Positions 1 to 10,882 of a stretch of 34,837 bases of DNA are shown piece after piece (position 1 is the first letter of the stretch; the number at the start of each line of letters is the position of its first letter). Where the stretch lies: positions 1 through 34,837 of IMG/VR virus record IMGVR_UViG_3300023175_000120. One strand, 5' to 3'. Both the position numbers and the translations under genes were made by a program. Origin of the DNA: a virus (Duplodnaviria > Caudoviricetes). The notes under the pieces are model-generated. The model was given only the letters and a program-made list of their open reading frames with translations, did not search any database and was not told where the DNA came from.

Positions 1-222
1 AATGTAATTACTGGTGCAGATTCTACTGCAACAGGAACACCACAATCAACTGCATCTGAAGTAGTATCACTTGCAGGTGGTTCAACAATAACATTTAATA
101 CAGGATATGCAAACCCAGAATTAGAACCTGATAGTGGTAAGATGTTATATGTTGAAAATCGTAGACCAATAGCAAGAGCTTCAGACCAAACCGAAGATAT
201 TAAAGTAATAGTGGAATTTTAA
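1..222 (+). CDS. gp8: Baseplate wedge subunit gp8, C-terminal fragment (5' truncated by the window)
   Basis: Frame 1 is open from base 1 to TAA at 220-222 and ends ...GYANPELEPDSGKMLYVENRRPIARASDQTEDIKVIVEF, the characteristic T4-like gp8 C-terminus. Not in the ORF track. Confidence 0.9.
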   Translation, partial: NVITGADSTATGTPQSTASEVVSLAGGSTITFNTGYANPELEPDSGKMLYVENRRPIARASDQTEDIKVIVEF

Positions 223-225
223 AAA

Positions 226-3200
226 ATGCAAAAGACAAACTTAAATGTATCCCCATACTATGATGACTTTACAGAAAGTAAAGACTTTCATAGAGTTTTA
301 TTCAGACCAGGCTTTTCTGTTCAAGCAAGAGAGTTAACACAACTCCAAAGCATATTACAGAATCAAATTGAAAGACATGGTCGTCATGTTTTCAAAGAAG
401 GCACATTAGTAATACCTGGCGCTATCGGTTTTACAGATGATTACTATGCTGTAAAATTACAATCACAATATCAATCAAATGATATATCAGGATACATTGA
501 CCAGTATGTCGGTAAAATTATTACTGGTACTTCATCTGGTGTAAAAGCACAAGTCATTCAAGCAGTTGCAGCTACAACAGATGACCCAATTACTTTATAT
601 GTAAAATATGTTTCAACTGGTAGTGATAATGTCACAACAGTATTTGCAGACGGAGAAAATATATCAGCAGATGATGTTATTAGTTCTTTTGGTGCAAATA
701 TTGATAGTGCAGTTTTACAAGCATCAGATGCTACTGCAACTGGCTCATCTGCAAACATTCAAGAGGGTGTTTATTTTGTTCGTGGTAATTTTGTTAGAGT
801 TGCAGAACAAAGACTTATTTTAGACAAGTATACAAACACTCCATCTTATAGAGTTGGTTTATCAATTTCAGAAACTTTAGAAACTCCAGAAGAAGATAGT
901 TCATTGTTAGACAATGCAGCTGGTTCTACAAATGAAAACGCAAAGGGTGCTCATAGATTAAAGATGACTTTAACTTTAGCAAAACTTGCTTTAGATTCAA
1001 CTGCTGATGAAAACTTTGTTGAATTAATGAGAATTAGTAATGGTGTATTACAAGAGAAAGCAAGAAACACAGAATATTCTGTTCTTGGTGAAACTCTTGC
1101 AAGAAGAACATATGATGAATCTGGTGATTACACAGTAAAAGAATTTGGTGTTAGAATTAGAGAAACATTAAATGACGGATTAAATGATGGTGTTTACAAT
1201 ACAGGTATAACAACTGATAGTGGTAATACTGCATCAGATGATTTTCTAACAGTAGAATTATCGCCTGGTAAAGCATATGTTAAAGGTTACGAAATAGAAA
1301 CAGTCGGCCCTACATTTATTGATGTTCCTAAACCTAGAGAAGTAGAATCTCATAATGCAGCTGTAACTCCAGTTGAAGTTGGTAATTATGTTCTTGCAAC
1401 AAACATGAACAATATACCACAAATTTCACCTGAAATATCTGGACAAATAGATGATCCATATAAAGAGATTAGATTATTTGATACTTTAAATGCAGCTCAA
1501 GGTTCTTCAAACGGAACACAAATTGGTGTTGCTCGTGCAAGAGCAATCGAACATCATTCTGGTAATACAGGATCAAACTTACTTGCATCATCATCTACAA
1601 CAGATACACAATTTAAGGTTTATCTTTTTGACCTTCGTATGTTTACAACTATCACTATGTCACTAGCTGCTGATTCTGGTGAATTAGATGAGGGTGATAA
1701 AGTTACAGGTGTAAATACAGGTGCATATGGATTTGTTAAATCTGCAAGTGGTACAACATTACAATTAACATCAGTTGTTGGTAATTTTTCTTCTGGAGAA
1801 AATCTTAAATCAACTGGTTCATCTAGAGCAGATGATATTATACAAAATGGTTCTACAAATATAGAAGTTGATAGTGTAGTAACACAAGACTTTAGTAAAG
1901 TAAAACAGTTATTTTCTGCTGATACTGATACTAACTTTACAGCAGATTTAGTTTTAGAAAATGAATTTTCACTTTCTGGAACACTAACTGCAACATCTGG
2001 ATCATCAACTGTTAATGGTTTTGGTACATCATTCTTAACAGAGCTTCGTGTAGGAGATATTATCAATATTCCTGGCGTTGGTGATGTATTAATTGATACA
2101 ATAACAGATGATGATACTTTGGACATAGTTGGAACTGCTGGTGCAACTGCAACATCAGTTCCTGTAGTAAGAAAGCGTTCAAAGATTAATGACCAGAATA
2201 GAAATATTCTTTTAAGAAAATTACAAAAGAATACTATTAAAACATTAAAGACAGAAGCTAATACTGGTCTTTCTGATACAACAGTAGTTGTAAGGAGAGG
2301 ATTTACACAAGTAACAAACGCATCTGGTGAATTAACAATAACAGCAGGTGCAAATGAAACATTTAATTCAGTAACAAATACTGATTATGTTGTTGCAATT
2401 CAATCAGGTGGTGCATCTGGTGCTGGTGATATTGTTAATGTTGATAATATTACTGTTGCAGGTGCAGGTACAAACTCTTTAACTTTAACAAGTGCATCTA
2501 TATTTGGAAGTACCTGTACTGTTAATGTTATTGCAACATTAACAAGAACATCTGTTAATGAAAAAACAAAAACTAGAAATCGTATGCACCTTATTGAAGT
2601 AGACAATGATGGTGTTGGTGGTGGTGTAGAGTATGGAACATCTGCACACCATAAAGATATTTCATTAGGTGTTGCTGATGTTTATAAATTACATGGTGTA
2701 TTTGATTCTTTAGATACAACAGATCCTGTCTTACCTCAATGGACTGTTTCAGGTATCGTTGGAACATTTACAAAAGGTGAAAAGATTACTGGTGGTACAT
2801 CTGGTGCAATTGCAACAATTATAAATCCAACATCACCAATTACTTTTATTACTTTAAATGAAACTGCATTTAGTTCTGCTGAAACAATTACTGGTGCAGA
2901 GAGTGGTGCAACTGCAACACTTGGAACATTCACAGAAGGTTCTAGAAATATTACAAATGATTTTGTTCTTGATACAGGACAAAGAGATAACTTTTACGAT
3001 ATTGCGAGATTAACAAGAAAACCAACTGCAACTACTCCATTAGGAAAATTACTAATTGTGTGTGATTATTTTACACACGGTGCTGGTGATTTCTTTACAG
3101 TAGATTCATATGCAGCTATTGATTATAAAGAGATACCAGTTTATAGTGCAACTCGTATTGATCCTGAAGCACCACAACCAAGTGGTGAATATGATTTAAG

Positions 3201-6200
3201 AGATACAGTTGATTTTAGACCAAGAGTTGCTGATATATCGTCATCAAGCACTAGCAACTATTCTAGTCAAGGTCAAACAGTATATAGAATAGATGATTAC
3301 TCATTTAACTTTACATCAAGAAGTTATACAGGAAATGGTTCATCTACTGTAAACATTCCAAAAGATAATTCTAGTTTTCAGTATGACTTTGAAAACTATC
3401 TTGCAAGAATTGATTTCTTATTCTTAACACCAGAGGGTGATTTTAAAGTTATACAAGGTGCTCCTGCTGAACAACCAGAGCCACCAAAAACATTAGATAC
3501 TGCTATGACATTAGCAAAAATAAATTTAAATCCATATGTGATTCAATTATCTGATGCTTCTCATACTACATTTAATAATAAACGATATACTATGAAAGAC
3601 ATTGGTAATCTTGAATCAAGAATTAATAATATGGAATATTATACTGCATTAAATCTTTTAGAGAAAGATGCAGAATCTTTACAGATACAAGATTCAAATG
3701 GTCTTGATAGATTCAAGTCTGGATTTTTAGTTGATAATTGTGCAGGTCACAATACTGGTGATGTTAAACACCCTGACTATCGTGTCGCAATGGATATGGA
3801 AAACAAAGAAATGCGACCAAAGTATTATATGAAGGGTATTTCATTATCAGAAGAAAACTTAACTGATGCAGATAGAACAAATGACAATTATCAAAAGACT
3901 GGTGACATTCTAACATTACCATATACACATACAGTTACTGCATCACAAGTTTATGCAACTAGAGTTGAAAACTTAAATCCAGTTTTATCATTTGCATGGA
4001 CTGGTATTTGTAAACTAACACCATCAGGTGATAGTTGGTTTGAAACTGAAAGAGCTCCTGATTTAATTATTAATAAAGAAGGTAATTTTGATACTGTTCT
4101 TGCAGAGAATGTAAACTCACTTGGAACAGTTTGGAACGCATGGCAAACACAATGGACAGGATTCCATGCAACAAGTACAACGAAATTTAAAGAAAAGAGT
4201 TGGGCAAGAAGAAGGCAACAAGTTCCATATAGACCAATAATAGAAAGAAGTGTTGGAACAGAAACTGGTAGAAAAACTCGTTCAGGTATTGAAACTGCAA
4301 TCGTTACTCAAATAGATTACGAATCATTAGGCGATAGAATTATTGCTCGTGCATTAATACCATTCTGTCGTGCAGTAAATATTTCATTTAGTGCAACTGG
4401 TATGAAACCTCTTACAAAAGTTTATCCTTTCTTTGATAAACAAGCAATTAGTGCATATGTTACACCTACTGGTGGTTCACTTGGTGGGGATTTAGTTACA
4501 GATGCAGCTGGTTCAGTATCAGGAACATTTGCATTACCTGATCCTAAAGTTACTGGTAATCCTAAATTTAGAACAGGAGAAAGAAACTTTAGATTGACAT
4601 CTTCAGAAACTAATGTTCAAGTTCCAGACCCTGAAACATTTGCACAAGCAATTTTCTCTGCAACTGGTATTTTAAATACAATTCAAGAATCTATTGTTGC
4701 AACAAGAAATGCAAGAATTGAAGTTAGACGAGTTACAGAAAGAAGAAATGTAAATAGAAATGTAACTAGAGATAGAATCGTTGGGTGGTGGGATCCGCTA
4801 GCTCAATCATTTATGCCTCAACAAGAAGGTGGTGAGTTCTTAACTAAAGTTGATATTTTCTTCTCACAAAAAGATGATAACATTCCAGTTACTTGTCAGA
4901 TTCGTGAAATGCAAAATGGTTATCCAACAACTAAAGTTGTTCCAAATGGAAGTAAAACTTTATTACCTGCTGATGTTAGTACATCTAATGATGCAACTGT
5001 AGCTACAACATTTACATTTGACGAACCAGTCTATGTGAAGAATGGTGTAGAACATTGTATTGTATTATTCACAGATTCAGTAAAATATCTTGCATGGATT
5101 TCTAGAATGGGTGAATTAGATGTTGGTGGTAGTAGATTAGTTTCAGAACAACCATATCTTGGTGTATTATTTAAATCCCAGAATAACACAACATGGAGTG
5201 CATACGATTTAGAAGATTTGAAGTTTAACTTATATCGTGCAAAATTTGATACATCAAAACAAGCAAGTATCACATTAATAAATGATGCACTACCTGTTAA
5301 AACACTAGAAACAAATCCAGTTAGAGTATTCAATGGTTCTAATGTGCTTAAGATAAAACACAGAGATCATAATATGCACTCAATAACAAATAATGTTACA
5401 ATTTCTGGTGTTGTTTCTGAAGGTATTACAACAACATTAAATGGTGCTGTATCAATAGGTGCTACATCATTAACAATAAATGGAACAAGTGATTTTAATG
5501 ATGGTGCTATGGAGATAAAAATTAATGATGAAGTATTGTTAGGTACTCTTTCTGGTGGATCAACTTTCACTTTAAGTAGTCCTTCAGCTACTGCTTCTGC
5601 TCATTCAGATAGTGATACTGTTGAATTACATCAAGTCAAAGGAATACCTTTATCAGAAATTAATAAGACACATACTGCAATAGGTAATATTGGTATTGAC
5701 TATTACACAATTACTACTACAACATCTGGAACATCAGATGGAACAGTTGGTGGTTCAAGTGTTACTGCAACAGAAAATGCACAGATTGATAGTATTCAAA
5801 TGGCAGTTCCTACTATTGAATTCCCAGATACAACATTGACTTGTAAACTTCGTACAACAAGTTCAACATCAGTTAGTGGTGCTCAAACATCATTTCAGTT
5901 AGCCGCAGCTGCAAGTGCAGAAACAGTTCCAATAAATGATAATTATTATTTTGAAAATCCAAGAATGGTTTGTTCAACAATTAATGAAACAAATGAGTTA
6001 TCAGGTTCTAAATCATTCTTCTCAACATTTACTATGACATCAACTAAAGATAACTTATCACCAGTTATTGATTTAGATAGAAAAGTTGCAATTTGTGTTG
6101 CAAACAGATTAGACAATATTGATAGTTCAGCAAATTACTATCCTTCAGATGAGTATATCGGCCCTGAAGAACCAGATGGTGATAAGAACGAAGCAATCTA

Positions 6201-6543
6201 CTGTACAAGAAAAGTTACATTAAAGAATCCTGCAACTGCAATTAAAGTTTTATTTGATGCAGTTAAGTTTAATAGTGCAGAGATTCAAGTAATGTATAAG
6301 ATACTTCGTTCAGATGATGCTTCAGATTTTGATGAATTAGGTTGGAATTATTTTAATACTACTGGTGTTCCAGATACAACAGTAAACTCATCAGCAAATC
6401 TTTATGATTTTGTTGAAAGAGAATTTACTGCAAACGATTTATCAGAGTTTATTTCTTTTGCAATTAAGATTCGTATGCAAGGAACAAATTCTGCTGAACC
6501 ACCAAGAATTAAAAACATAAGAGCGATTGCATTGGCAACATAA
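226..6543 (+). CDS. Large VrlC-like virion structural protein (baseplate-associated)
   Basis: 2105 aa. N-terminus TNLNVSPYYDDF..FHRVLFRPG.SVQARELTQLQSILQNQIE; internal LARRTYDESGDY, RYTMKDIG.LE.RI, DPLAQSF; ends PPRIKNIRAIALA. Directly follows gp8, as in marine T4-like phages. Confidence 0.85.
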   Translation: MQKTNLNVSPYYDDFTESKDFHRVLFRPGFSVQARELTQLQSILQNQIERHGRHVFKEGTLVIPGAIGFTDDYYAVKLQSQYQSNDISGYIDQYVGKIITGTSSGVKAQVIQAVAATTDDPITLYVKYVSTGSDNVTTVFADGENISADDVISSFGANIDSAVLQASDATATGSSANIQEGVYFVRGNFVRVAEQRLILDKYTNTPSYRVGLSISETLETPEEDSSLLDNAAGSTNENAKGAHRLKMTLTLAKLALDSTADENFVELMRISNGVLQEKARNTEYSVLGETLARRTYDESGDYTVKEFGVRIRETLNDGLNDGVYNTGITTDSGNTASDDFLTVELSPGKAYVKGYEIETVGPTFIDVPKPREVESHNAAVTPVEVGNYVLATNMNNIPQISPEISGQIDDPYKEIRLFDTLNAAQGSSNGTQIGVARARAIEHHSGNTGSNLLASSSTTDTQFKVYLFDLRMFTTITMSLAADSGELDEGDKVTGVNTGAYGFVKSASGTTLQLTSVVGNFSSGENLKSTGSSRADDIIQNGSTNIEVDSVVTQDFSKVKQLFSADTDTNFTADLVLENEFSLSGTLTATSGSSTVNGFGTSFLTELRVGDIINIPGVGDVLIDTITDDDTLDIVGTAGATATSVPVVRKRSKINDQNRNILLRKLQKNTIKTLKTEANTGLSDTTVVVRRGFTQVTNASGELTITAGANETFNSVTNTDYVVAIQSGGASGAGDIVNVDNITVAGAGTNSLTLTSASIFGSTCTVNVIATLTRTSVNEKTKTRNRMHLIEVDNDGVGGGVEYGTSAHHKDISLGVADVYKLHGVFDSLDTTDPVLPQWTVSGIVGTFTKGEKITGGTSGAIATIINPTSPITFITLNETAFSSAETITGAESGATATLGTFTEGSRNITNDFVLDTGQRDNFYDIARLTRKPTATTPLGKLLIVCDYFTHGAGDFFTVDSYAAIDYKEIPVYSATRIDPEAPQPSGEYDLRDTVDFRPRVADISSSSTSNYSSQGQTVYRIDDYSFNFTSRSYTGNGSSTVNIPKDNSSFQYDFENYLARIDFLFLTPEGDFKVIQGAPAEQPEPPKTLDTAMTLAKINLNPYVIQLSDASHTTFNNKRYTMKDIGNLESRINNMEYYTALNLLEKDAESLQIQDSNGLDRFKSGFLVDNCAGHNTGDVKHPDYRVAMDMENKEMRPKYYMKGISLSEENLTDADRTNDNYQKTGDILTLPYTHTVTASQVYATRVENLNPVLSFAWTGICKLTPSGDSWFETERAPDLIINKEGNFDTVLAENVNSLGTVWNAWQTQWTGFHATSTTKFKEKSWARRRQQVPYRPIIERSVGTETGRKTRSGIETAIVTQIDYESLGDRIIARALIPFCRAVNISFSATGMKPLTKVYPFFDKQAISAYVTPTGGSLGGDLVTDAAGSVSGTFALPDPKVTGNPKFRTGERNFRLTSSETNVQVPDPETFAQAIFSATGILNTIQESIVATRNARIEVRRVTERRNVNRNVTRDRIVGWWDPLAQSFMPQQEGGEFLTKVDIFFSQKDDNIPVTCQIREMQNGYPTTKVVPNGSKTLLPADVSTSNDATVATTFTFDEPVYVKNGVEHCIVLFTDSVKYLAWISRMGELDVGGSRLVSEQPYLGVLFKSQNNTTWSAYDLEDLKFNLYRAKFDTSKQASITLINDALPVKTLETNPVRVFNGSNVLKIKHRDHNMHSITNNVTISGVVSEGITTTLNGAVSIGATSLTINGTSDFNDGAMEIKINDEVLLGTLSGGSTFTLSSPSATASAHSDSDTVELHQVKGIPLSEINKTHTAIGNIGIDYYTITTTTSGTSDGTVGGSSVTATENAQIDSIQMAVPTIEFPDTTLTCKLRTTSSTSVSGAQTSFQLAAAASAETVPINDNYYFENPRMVCSTINETNELSGSKSFFSTFTMTSTKDNLSPVIDLDRKVAICVANRLDNIDSSANYYPSDEYIGPEEPDGDKNEAIYCTRKVTLKNPATAIKVLFDAVKFNSAEIQVMYKILRSDDASDFDELGWNYFNTTGVPDTTVNSSANLYDFVEREFTANDLSEFISFAIKIRMQGTNSAEPPRIKNIRAIALAT

Positions 6544-6544
6544 T

Positions 6545-6772
6545 ATGAGTGAATATCTTAAAGTAGAAAATTATCCAAAACTTGCTAGAGATGTAAATTC
6601 TAGAGGAGTTGTTAATACTGATATGAACGCATATCAAGCCGCAGTTGCAAAATCAAAAGCATTTAAAAAACAAAAAGACGAATTAAGAGATTGTGTACGA
6701 GATATAAATAATTTAAAATGTGAGATGCACGAAATAAAATCTCTTTTACTAAAATTAGTGGATAAAGAATAA
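6545..6772 (+). CDS. Small coiled-coil phage protein
   Basis: ATG at 6545 just after the upstream stop is preferred to 6527. LARDVNSRGVVNTD followed by the heptad-like DINNLKCEMHEIKSLLLKL. Confidence 0.7.
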   Translation: MSEYLKVENYPKLARDVNSRGVVNTDMNAYQAAVAKSKAFKKQKDELRDCVRDINNLKCEMHEIKSLLLKLVDKE

Positions 6773-7353
6773 TGGCAGATAGAAACGCACCAGCAACCTT
6801 TACTTTTGAACAATGGCGAACAGAATTTAATGAGCTTGCAACTGATGTAGGTGATATTGGAAATTTACCATCAACGATAAACGGTGGAGCAGTATCAGAT
6901 GTTATCGAAGCAATTACAGCATTAGAATCAGGTTTAAGTTCAGTCTTATTACCAACTGTTATTGACTTTGACGATTCAACTGGTGTTGCAAGTGAAAGAA
7001 TTAAGTTTGGTACTGATGACGATTTACAAATGTATCATGATGGTTCACACAGTTATGTTGCACATAATGGTACAGGTGATTTATTAATTGATTCAAACAA
7101 TAATCTTGAGTTAGATGTTGGTGGTAACATTGATATAGATGGTGACGGTAGTATTAGTATAGATGGTGCTTCAGGTGTTACAATTCAGTATAATAATTCA
7201 ACAAAAATAGAAGCAACAAACACAGGTGTTTCAATTACTGGTAATATAGTTGATGGTAGTGGTACTATGTCAGGTAACTTGGCATTTCCAGTAACAGGTG
7301 GTAATATTGGAACAGAGGGTTTTGCAATCGCAGTTTCTATTGCATTAGGATAA
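6772..7353 (+). CDS. Fibre-proximal structural protein
   Basis: N-terminal TFEQWRTEFNELA motif, fibre-shaft motif KFGTDDDLQMYHDGSHSY, C-terminal FAIAVSIALG. Confidence 0.65.
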   Translation: MADRNAPATFTFEQWRTEFNELATDVGDIGNLPSTINGGAVSDVIEAITALESGLSSVLLPTVIDFDDSTGVASERIKFGTDDDLQMYHDGSHSYVAHNGTGDLLIDSNNNLELDVGGNIDIDGDGSISIDGASGVTIQYNNSTKIEATNTGVSITGNIVDGSGTMSGNLAFPVTGGNIGTEGFAIAVSIALG

Positions 7354-7371
7354 TAAGGAAAGAAATAAACA

Positions 7372-7716
7372 ATGGCTAATAATTTTAAAAACGCATTTGC
7401 AACAAGTGTTTCTACAAGTTCAGGTTCACCAACAGACATTTATACTGCAAATAATGGTAGCACAGTAAACTCTATTCTGATTGAATTAGATGTTGCAAAT
7501 ACTGGTACTTCTTCTATTACTGCAACTGTTTTAATATATGATAGTAGTTCAACAAATAGTTATCATATTGTTAAAGACGCAATTATACCTGTTGGTTCAA
7601 CATTAAAAGTTGTATCTGGACAAAAGATTGTTTTAAATGGTGATGATAAAGTTCAAATTTATGCTTCTGCGGCTACAGTTGATGTAGTTGCTTCAGTTTT
7701 AGAAGATGTTACATAA
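7372..7716 (+). CDS. Small beta-rich virion protein (putative fibre connector)
   Basis: 114 aa, MANNFKN...IVKDAIIPVGSTL...KIVL..GDKV...DVVASVLE; AAGGA ribosome binding site upstream. Confidence 0.6.
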   Translation: MANNFKNAFATSVSTSSGSPTDIYTANNGSTVNSILIELDVANTGTSSITATVLIYDSSSTNSYHIVKDAIIPVGSTLKVVSGQKIVLNGDDKVQIYASAATVDVVASVLEDVT

Positions 7717-7726
7717 GGAAATTTAA

Positions 7727-8527
7727 ATGTCAAATGAATCATATATGGGTGTACCATATGTTAATCAACTTGCACCCACTTTCAAAAAAGAAGATTTTCT
7801 AGGTTCTGCACTTGCTACACACAATGGTCATGCAAATTCTAAAGTATTAGACTTACCTGTGCCTGGTTCAGTTGCAACAGGTTTATTAGTAGTAGTTGAT
7901 AATGTAGTGCAAGAACCTACTGTTGATTATACAGTTCATGAAACAGCAGACGCACAACCTAAAATTTTAAAATTTGCATCTGCACCAAGTGGTAGTGCAT
8001 CAATTTATGTGATTCATAGAGGTTATGCAAATGTAAATCAAACACCACCAACTGGTTCTGTTACTGATACAGCATTAGCTGCAAATTTAAAATCATTTAC
8101 AACAGATAGTTTTACAGGTGACGCTTCAACAACTGCATTTACTCTTTCAGAAACTCCACCTAATGCAAATTCAATTTTAGTTTCAGTTAATGGTTCTGTT
8201 CAACAATCAACTACAGATTTTTCATTGTCGAGTGCAACATTAACATTTACATCTGCACCTGCATCTGCAGCTGTTATTTTAGTAAAACATTTAGGTGTTA
8301 GAGGTGTTCTTCGTAGAGGCCCAGATTATCAATTAGATACTTTTACTGGTAACGGTTCTGATGCTGCATTTACATTATCAAATTCAATATTAACAAATAA
8401 TGCCTTTGTATATTATAATGGTACTTGTATGCAACCGACTGATGACTATACAATATCTGGTACAACATTAACATTTACATTTATACCGTTAAACAATTCA
8501 GATATTATGGTTAGATACCAGTTATAA
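7727..8527 (+). CDS. Fibre protein with three tandem ~70-aa beta repeats
   Basis: Repeated unit FTG(D/N).S..AFTLS...(L/F)V..NG..(Q)QP..D(Y/F)T.S..TLTF..AP; first copy more diverged. Confidence 0.65.
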   Translation: MSNESYMGVPYVNQLAPTFKKEDFLGSALATHNGHANSKVLDLPVPGSVATGLLVVVDNVVQEPTVDYTVHETADAQPKILKFASAPSGSASIYVIHRGYANVNQTPPTGSVTDTALAANLKSFTTDSFTGDASTTAFTLSETPPNANSILVSVNGSVQQSTTDFSLSSATLTFTSAPASAAVILVKHLGVRGVLRRGPDYQLDTFTGNGSDAAFTLSNSILTNNAFVYYNGTCMQPTDDYTISGTTLTFTFIPLNNSDIMVRYQL

Positions 8528-8530
8528 ATA
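8523..8530 (+). promoter_or_regulatory. T4-type late promoter
   Basis: Exact TATAAATA, ~20 nt upstream of ATG 8552, with AAGGA between. Confidence 0.75.
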
Positions 8531-8551
8531 AGATTAAAGGAATAAAAATTA

Positions 8552-9211
8552 ATGAGTAATTATTTAGGAAATCAACCAAGTTACGGTGCATATCACAGAC
8601 AAGTTATTACTGGTGATGGAAGTACAACTACTTTCGCATTAGATTATAGTATTGGCGTTGCAACTCAAATTTTAGTTTCTTTAGATGCGATTATTCAAGA
8701 ACCAGAATACTCTTATACAGTTTCTGGTTTAACAATTACATTTGCAAGTGCTCCTACAAATGCAGCTAGAATTTTTATTCTTTATCTTGGTAGACCATTA
8801 GATAGTTTAAATGCAACTGCTACACTTCAAGATGGTTCGGTAACTACTGTTAAAATTGCAGATTCAAATGTTACTTCTGCAAAGTTAGAAGATAACATAG
8901 TATTGCCTGGAACAGATTCAGTTACAGTTCCAAAAGGAACAACTGCACAAAGAGGAACAGGTGTTTCAGGTAAATTTAGATTTAATACAGATGAGGGTAA
9001 TTTTGAAGGTTATGATGGAACATCATGGGGTGCAGTTGGTGGAGGTGCTACAGGCGCTTCTGGAAATCCTGTATTTTATGAAAATGACCAGAATGTTACT
9101 GGAGATTACACAATTACATCAAATAGAAATGCAATGAGTGCTGGGCCCATCACGATAGATGCAGGCGTTACTGTAACAATACCTGCTGGCTCAGTATGGA
9201 CAATAGTTTAA
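8552..9211 (+). CDS. Tail-fibre adaptor/shaft protein
   Basis: One beta repeat as in 7727, VT..K(I/L) shaft repeats, VPKGTTAQR...RFNT....FEGYDG..W fibre motif, C-terminal NAMSAGPITI...VTIP.GSVWTIV. Confidence 0.7.
   Translation: MSNYLGNQPSYGAYHRQVITGDGSTTTFALDYSIGVATQILVSLDAIIQEPEYSYTVSGLTITFASAPTNAARIFILYLGRPLDSLNATATLQDGSVTTVKIADSNVTSAKLEDNIVLPGTDSVTVPKGTTAQRGTGVSGKFRFNTDEGNFEGYDGTSWGAVGGGATGASGNPVFYENDQNVTGDYTITSNRNAMSAGPITIDAGVTVTIPAGSVWTIV
9128..9154 (+). repeat. Dispersed 27-bp repeat (second copy 29931-29957, one mismatch)
   Basis: aatgcaatgagtgctgggcc(c/t)atcacg, encoding NAMSAGPIT in both genes. Confidence 0.85.
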
Positions 9212-9224
9212 AGGGAAAAAATAA

Positions 9225-9851
9225 ATGGCACTATCATTAAGTGGAACATCAACTGGAAGTCTGAACAATATATCAGTACCAAATGAAACTGGAACTTTAG
9301 CAACAACATCAACAACAATTTTACCAAAAATAGTTGCAGTTGGTCGAAGGACTACCTCTCAAAGTGGTATATCAACTGCTTGGGATACAAGTTCATCAAT
9401 TGGTTACAAGACTCCATCAAACCCAACAACTATTCTTTATGATTCACAAATTTTAGACACATATAATCAATTTGATCCAACAACTGGTATTTTTACAGTA
9501 GATGCATCTACAGTTGGTTGGTATGAAGTACGATTTCATTGGCAAGGTAACTCTCTTATTCGACCCGAAGGATCAGACCCTACTAAAACTGCTGAAGCAA
9601 GGGCTTTTGCTGGCATTTACAAAAACAATACTTCATTACAAGGTAGAGGAGATTTTCTAGAAGACGAACAAGGATTAAGTGCAGGTGGTGAAGATGAAAC
9701 TCGTTTTGGTCTAGATTGTAGTGCAATTGTAGATTTAACAACATCAGGTGATAATGTACGAGTAAGATGTGCAATGTATACAACATCAGCAGCTAAGCAG
9801 GCAGAAAACGGTACTAGTATTACAATAACAAGATTAACTGACGCTTCATAG
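9225..9851 (+). CDS. Putative fibre tip protein with C1q/TNF-like head
   Basis: Short shaft, then ILYD....D.YNQFDPTTGIFTV....GWYEV and AIVDL..SGDNV.V, resembling C1q-like domains. Confidence 0.55.
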   Translation: MALSLSGTSTGSLNNISVPNETGTLATTSTTILPKIVAVGRRTTSQSGISTAWDTSSSIGYKTPSNPTTILYDSQILDTYNQFDPTTGIFTVDASTVGWYEVRFHWQGNSLIRPEGSDPTKTAEARAFAGIYKNNTSLQGRGDFLEDEQGLSAGGEDETRFGLDCSAIVDLTTSGDNVRVRCAMYTTSAAKQAENGTSITITRLTDAS

Positions 9852-9868
9852 TAAAGGAATAATAAAAT

Positions 9869-10423
9869 ATGTCACAAATAAAATTGAGTCCAAACGCTAG
9901 TGGTACAGGAGTGTTTACTATAGATGCTCCAAATAGTAACACAGATCGAACATTAAGTTTGCCTGATGTTGCTGGTAATATTGTTACTACTGGTGATACA
10001 GGTACAGTATCAACAGATATGATAGCAAATTCAGGTATTACTCCTGCAAAATTAAACGGAGCTCAATCAGGTAACGCACCAATATATGGTATAAGAGCAT
10101 GGGTTACTTTTAATGGAGAAGGAACTGTTGCTATTTTTGATGATGGAAATGTTAGTAGTGTTACAGATAATGGAACAGGAAAATATACAGTAAATTTTGA
10201 AACTGCAATGCCTCATGCAAATTATTCTATTTCTGGTGTTGCACAACATAACACTAATGCAAGTTTTGCTGGTGATCACAGAGAAAATGGATTTAGTTTA
10301 GCAAAAGGTGTAGTACCTACTACAAGTGGTGTTAGAATTGTTAGTCTGGATAATCCTAATTGGAGTACTCAATCATCAGCATATGAAGATGGTTCAAGAG
10401 TTACTGTAATGATTATTTGTTAA
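9869..10423 (+). CDS. Putative fibre tip protein
   Basis: N-terminal NASGTG..TI.APN..TDRTL.LPD shared with 12290; C-terminal RAWVTFNG...NVSSVTDNGTGKYTVNF...M..ANY fibre-tip domain. Confidence 0.7.
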   Translation: MSQIKLSPNASGTGVFTIDAPNSNTDRTLSLPDVAGNIVTTGDTGTVSTDMIANSGITPAKLNGAQSGNAPIYGIRAWVTFNGEGTVAIFDDGNVSSVTDNGTGKYTVNFETAMPHANYSISGVAQHNTNASFAGDHRENGFSLAKGVVPTTSGVRIVSLDNPNWSTQSSAYEDGSRVTVMIIC

Positions 10424-10435
10424 AAGGAAAAATAT

Positions 10436-10633
10436 ATGAATAGTAATAAAAGAATTTTATATCAAACAGAAGAAGGTGGAGTTGCAGTTATTGTTCCATC
10501 AGATAATTCTAGTTTAACTGTTGAAGAAATTGCAGTTAAAGATGTACCTTCAGGTAGACCATATAAGATAGTTGATGTTAGCGAAGTGCCATCAGACAGA
10601 ACATTTCGTAACGCATGGGAGTATCAAGCATGA
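10436..10633 (+). CDS. Small fibre-associated (chaperone-like) protein
   Basis: 65 aa, GGVAVIVP...IAVKDVPSG.PYKIVD..EVPSDRTFRNAW; AAGGA upstream; follows a tip gene. Confidence 0.65.
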   Translation: MNSNKRILYQTEEGGVAVIVPSDNSSLTVEEIAVKDVPSGRPYKIVDVSEVPSDRTFRNAWEYQA

Positions 10634-10881
10634 GTATTGTTGTGAATTTGACAAAAGCAAAAAATATTGCACATGAGAAAAGAAGAGCAAAAAGATCAGA
10701 AGAATTCAAACCACATGATGATATTATTGCAAAACAAATACCAGGCGAAGATGCAACAGCAGCCGAAACTGCAAGAGCAGAAATCAGAACAAGATACGCA
10801 ACAATTCAAACAGATATAGATAACGCAACAACTGTTGATGCACTAAAAACAGTATATGACAATGCATCACTAGGAGCGTAA
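10630..10881 (+). CDS. Small helical fibre-associated (chaperone-like) protein
   Basis: ATGA overlap with the upstream stop favours start 10630 over 10615; KAKNIAHEKRR..R..EF.P.D...IDNATTVDALK. Confidence 0.6.
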   Translation: MSIVVNLTKAKNIAHEKRRAKRSEEFKPHDDIIAKQIPGEDATAAETARAEIRTRYATIQTDIDNATTVDALKTVYDNASLGA

Positions 10882-10882
10882 T

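Noticed and set aside
3739-3741. Cys in VDNCAGH where I recall Phe (VDNF) in homologs
   Set aside because: A single TTT/TGT difference could be a variant or a read error; not assessable without an alignment.
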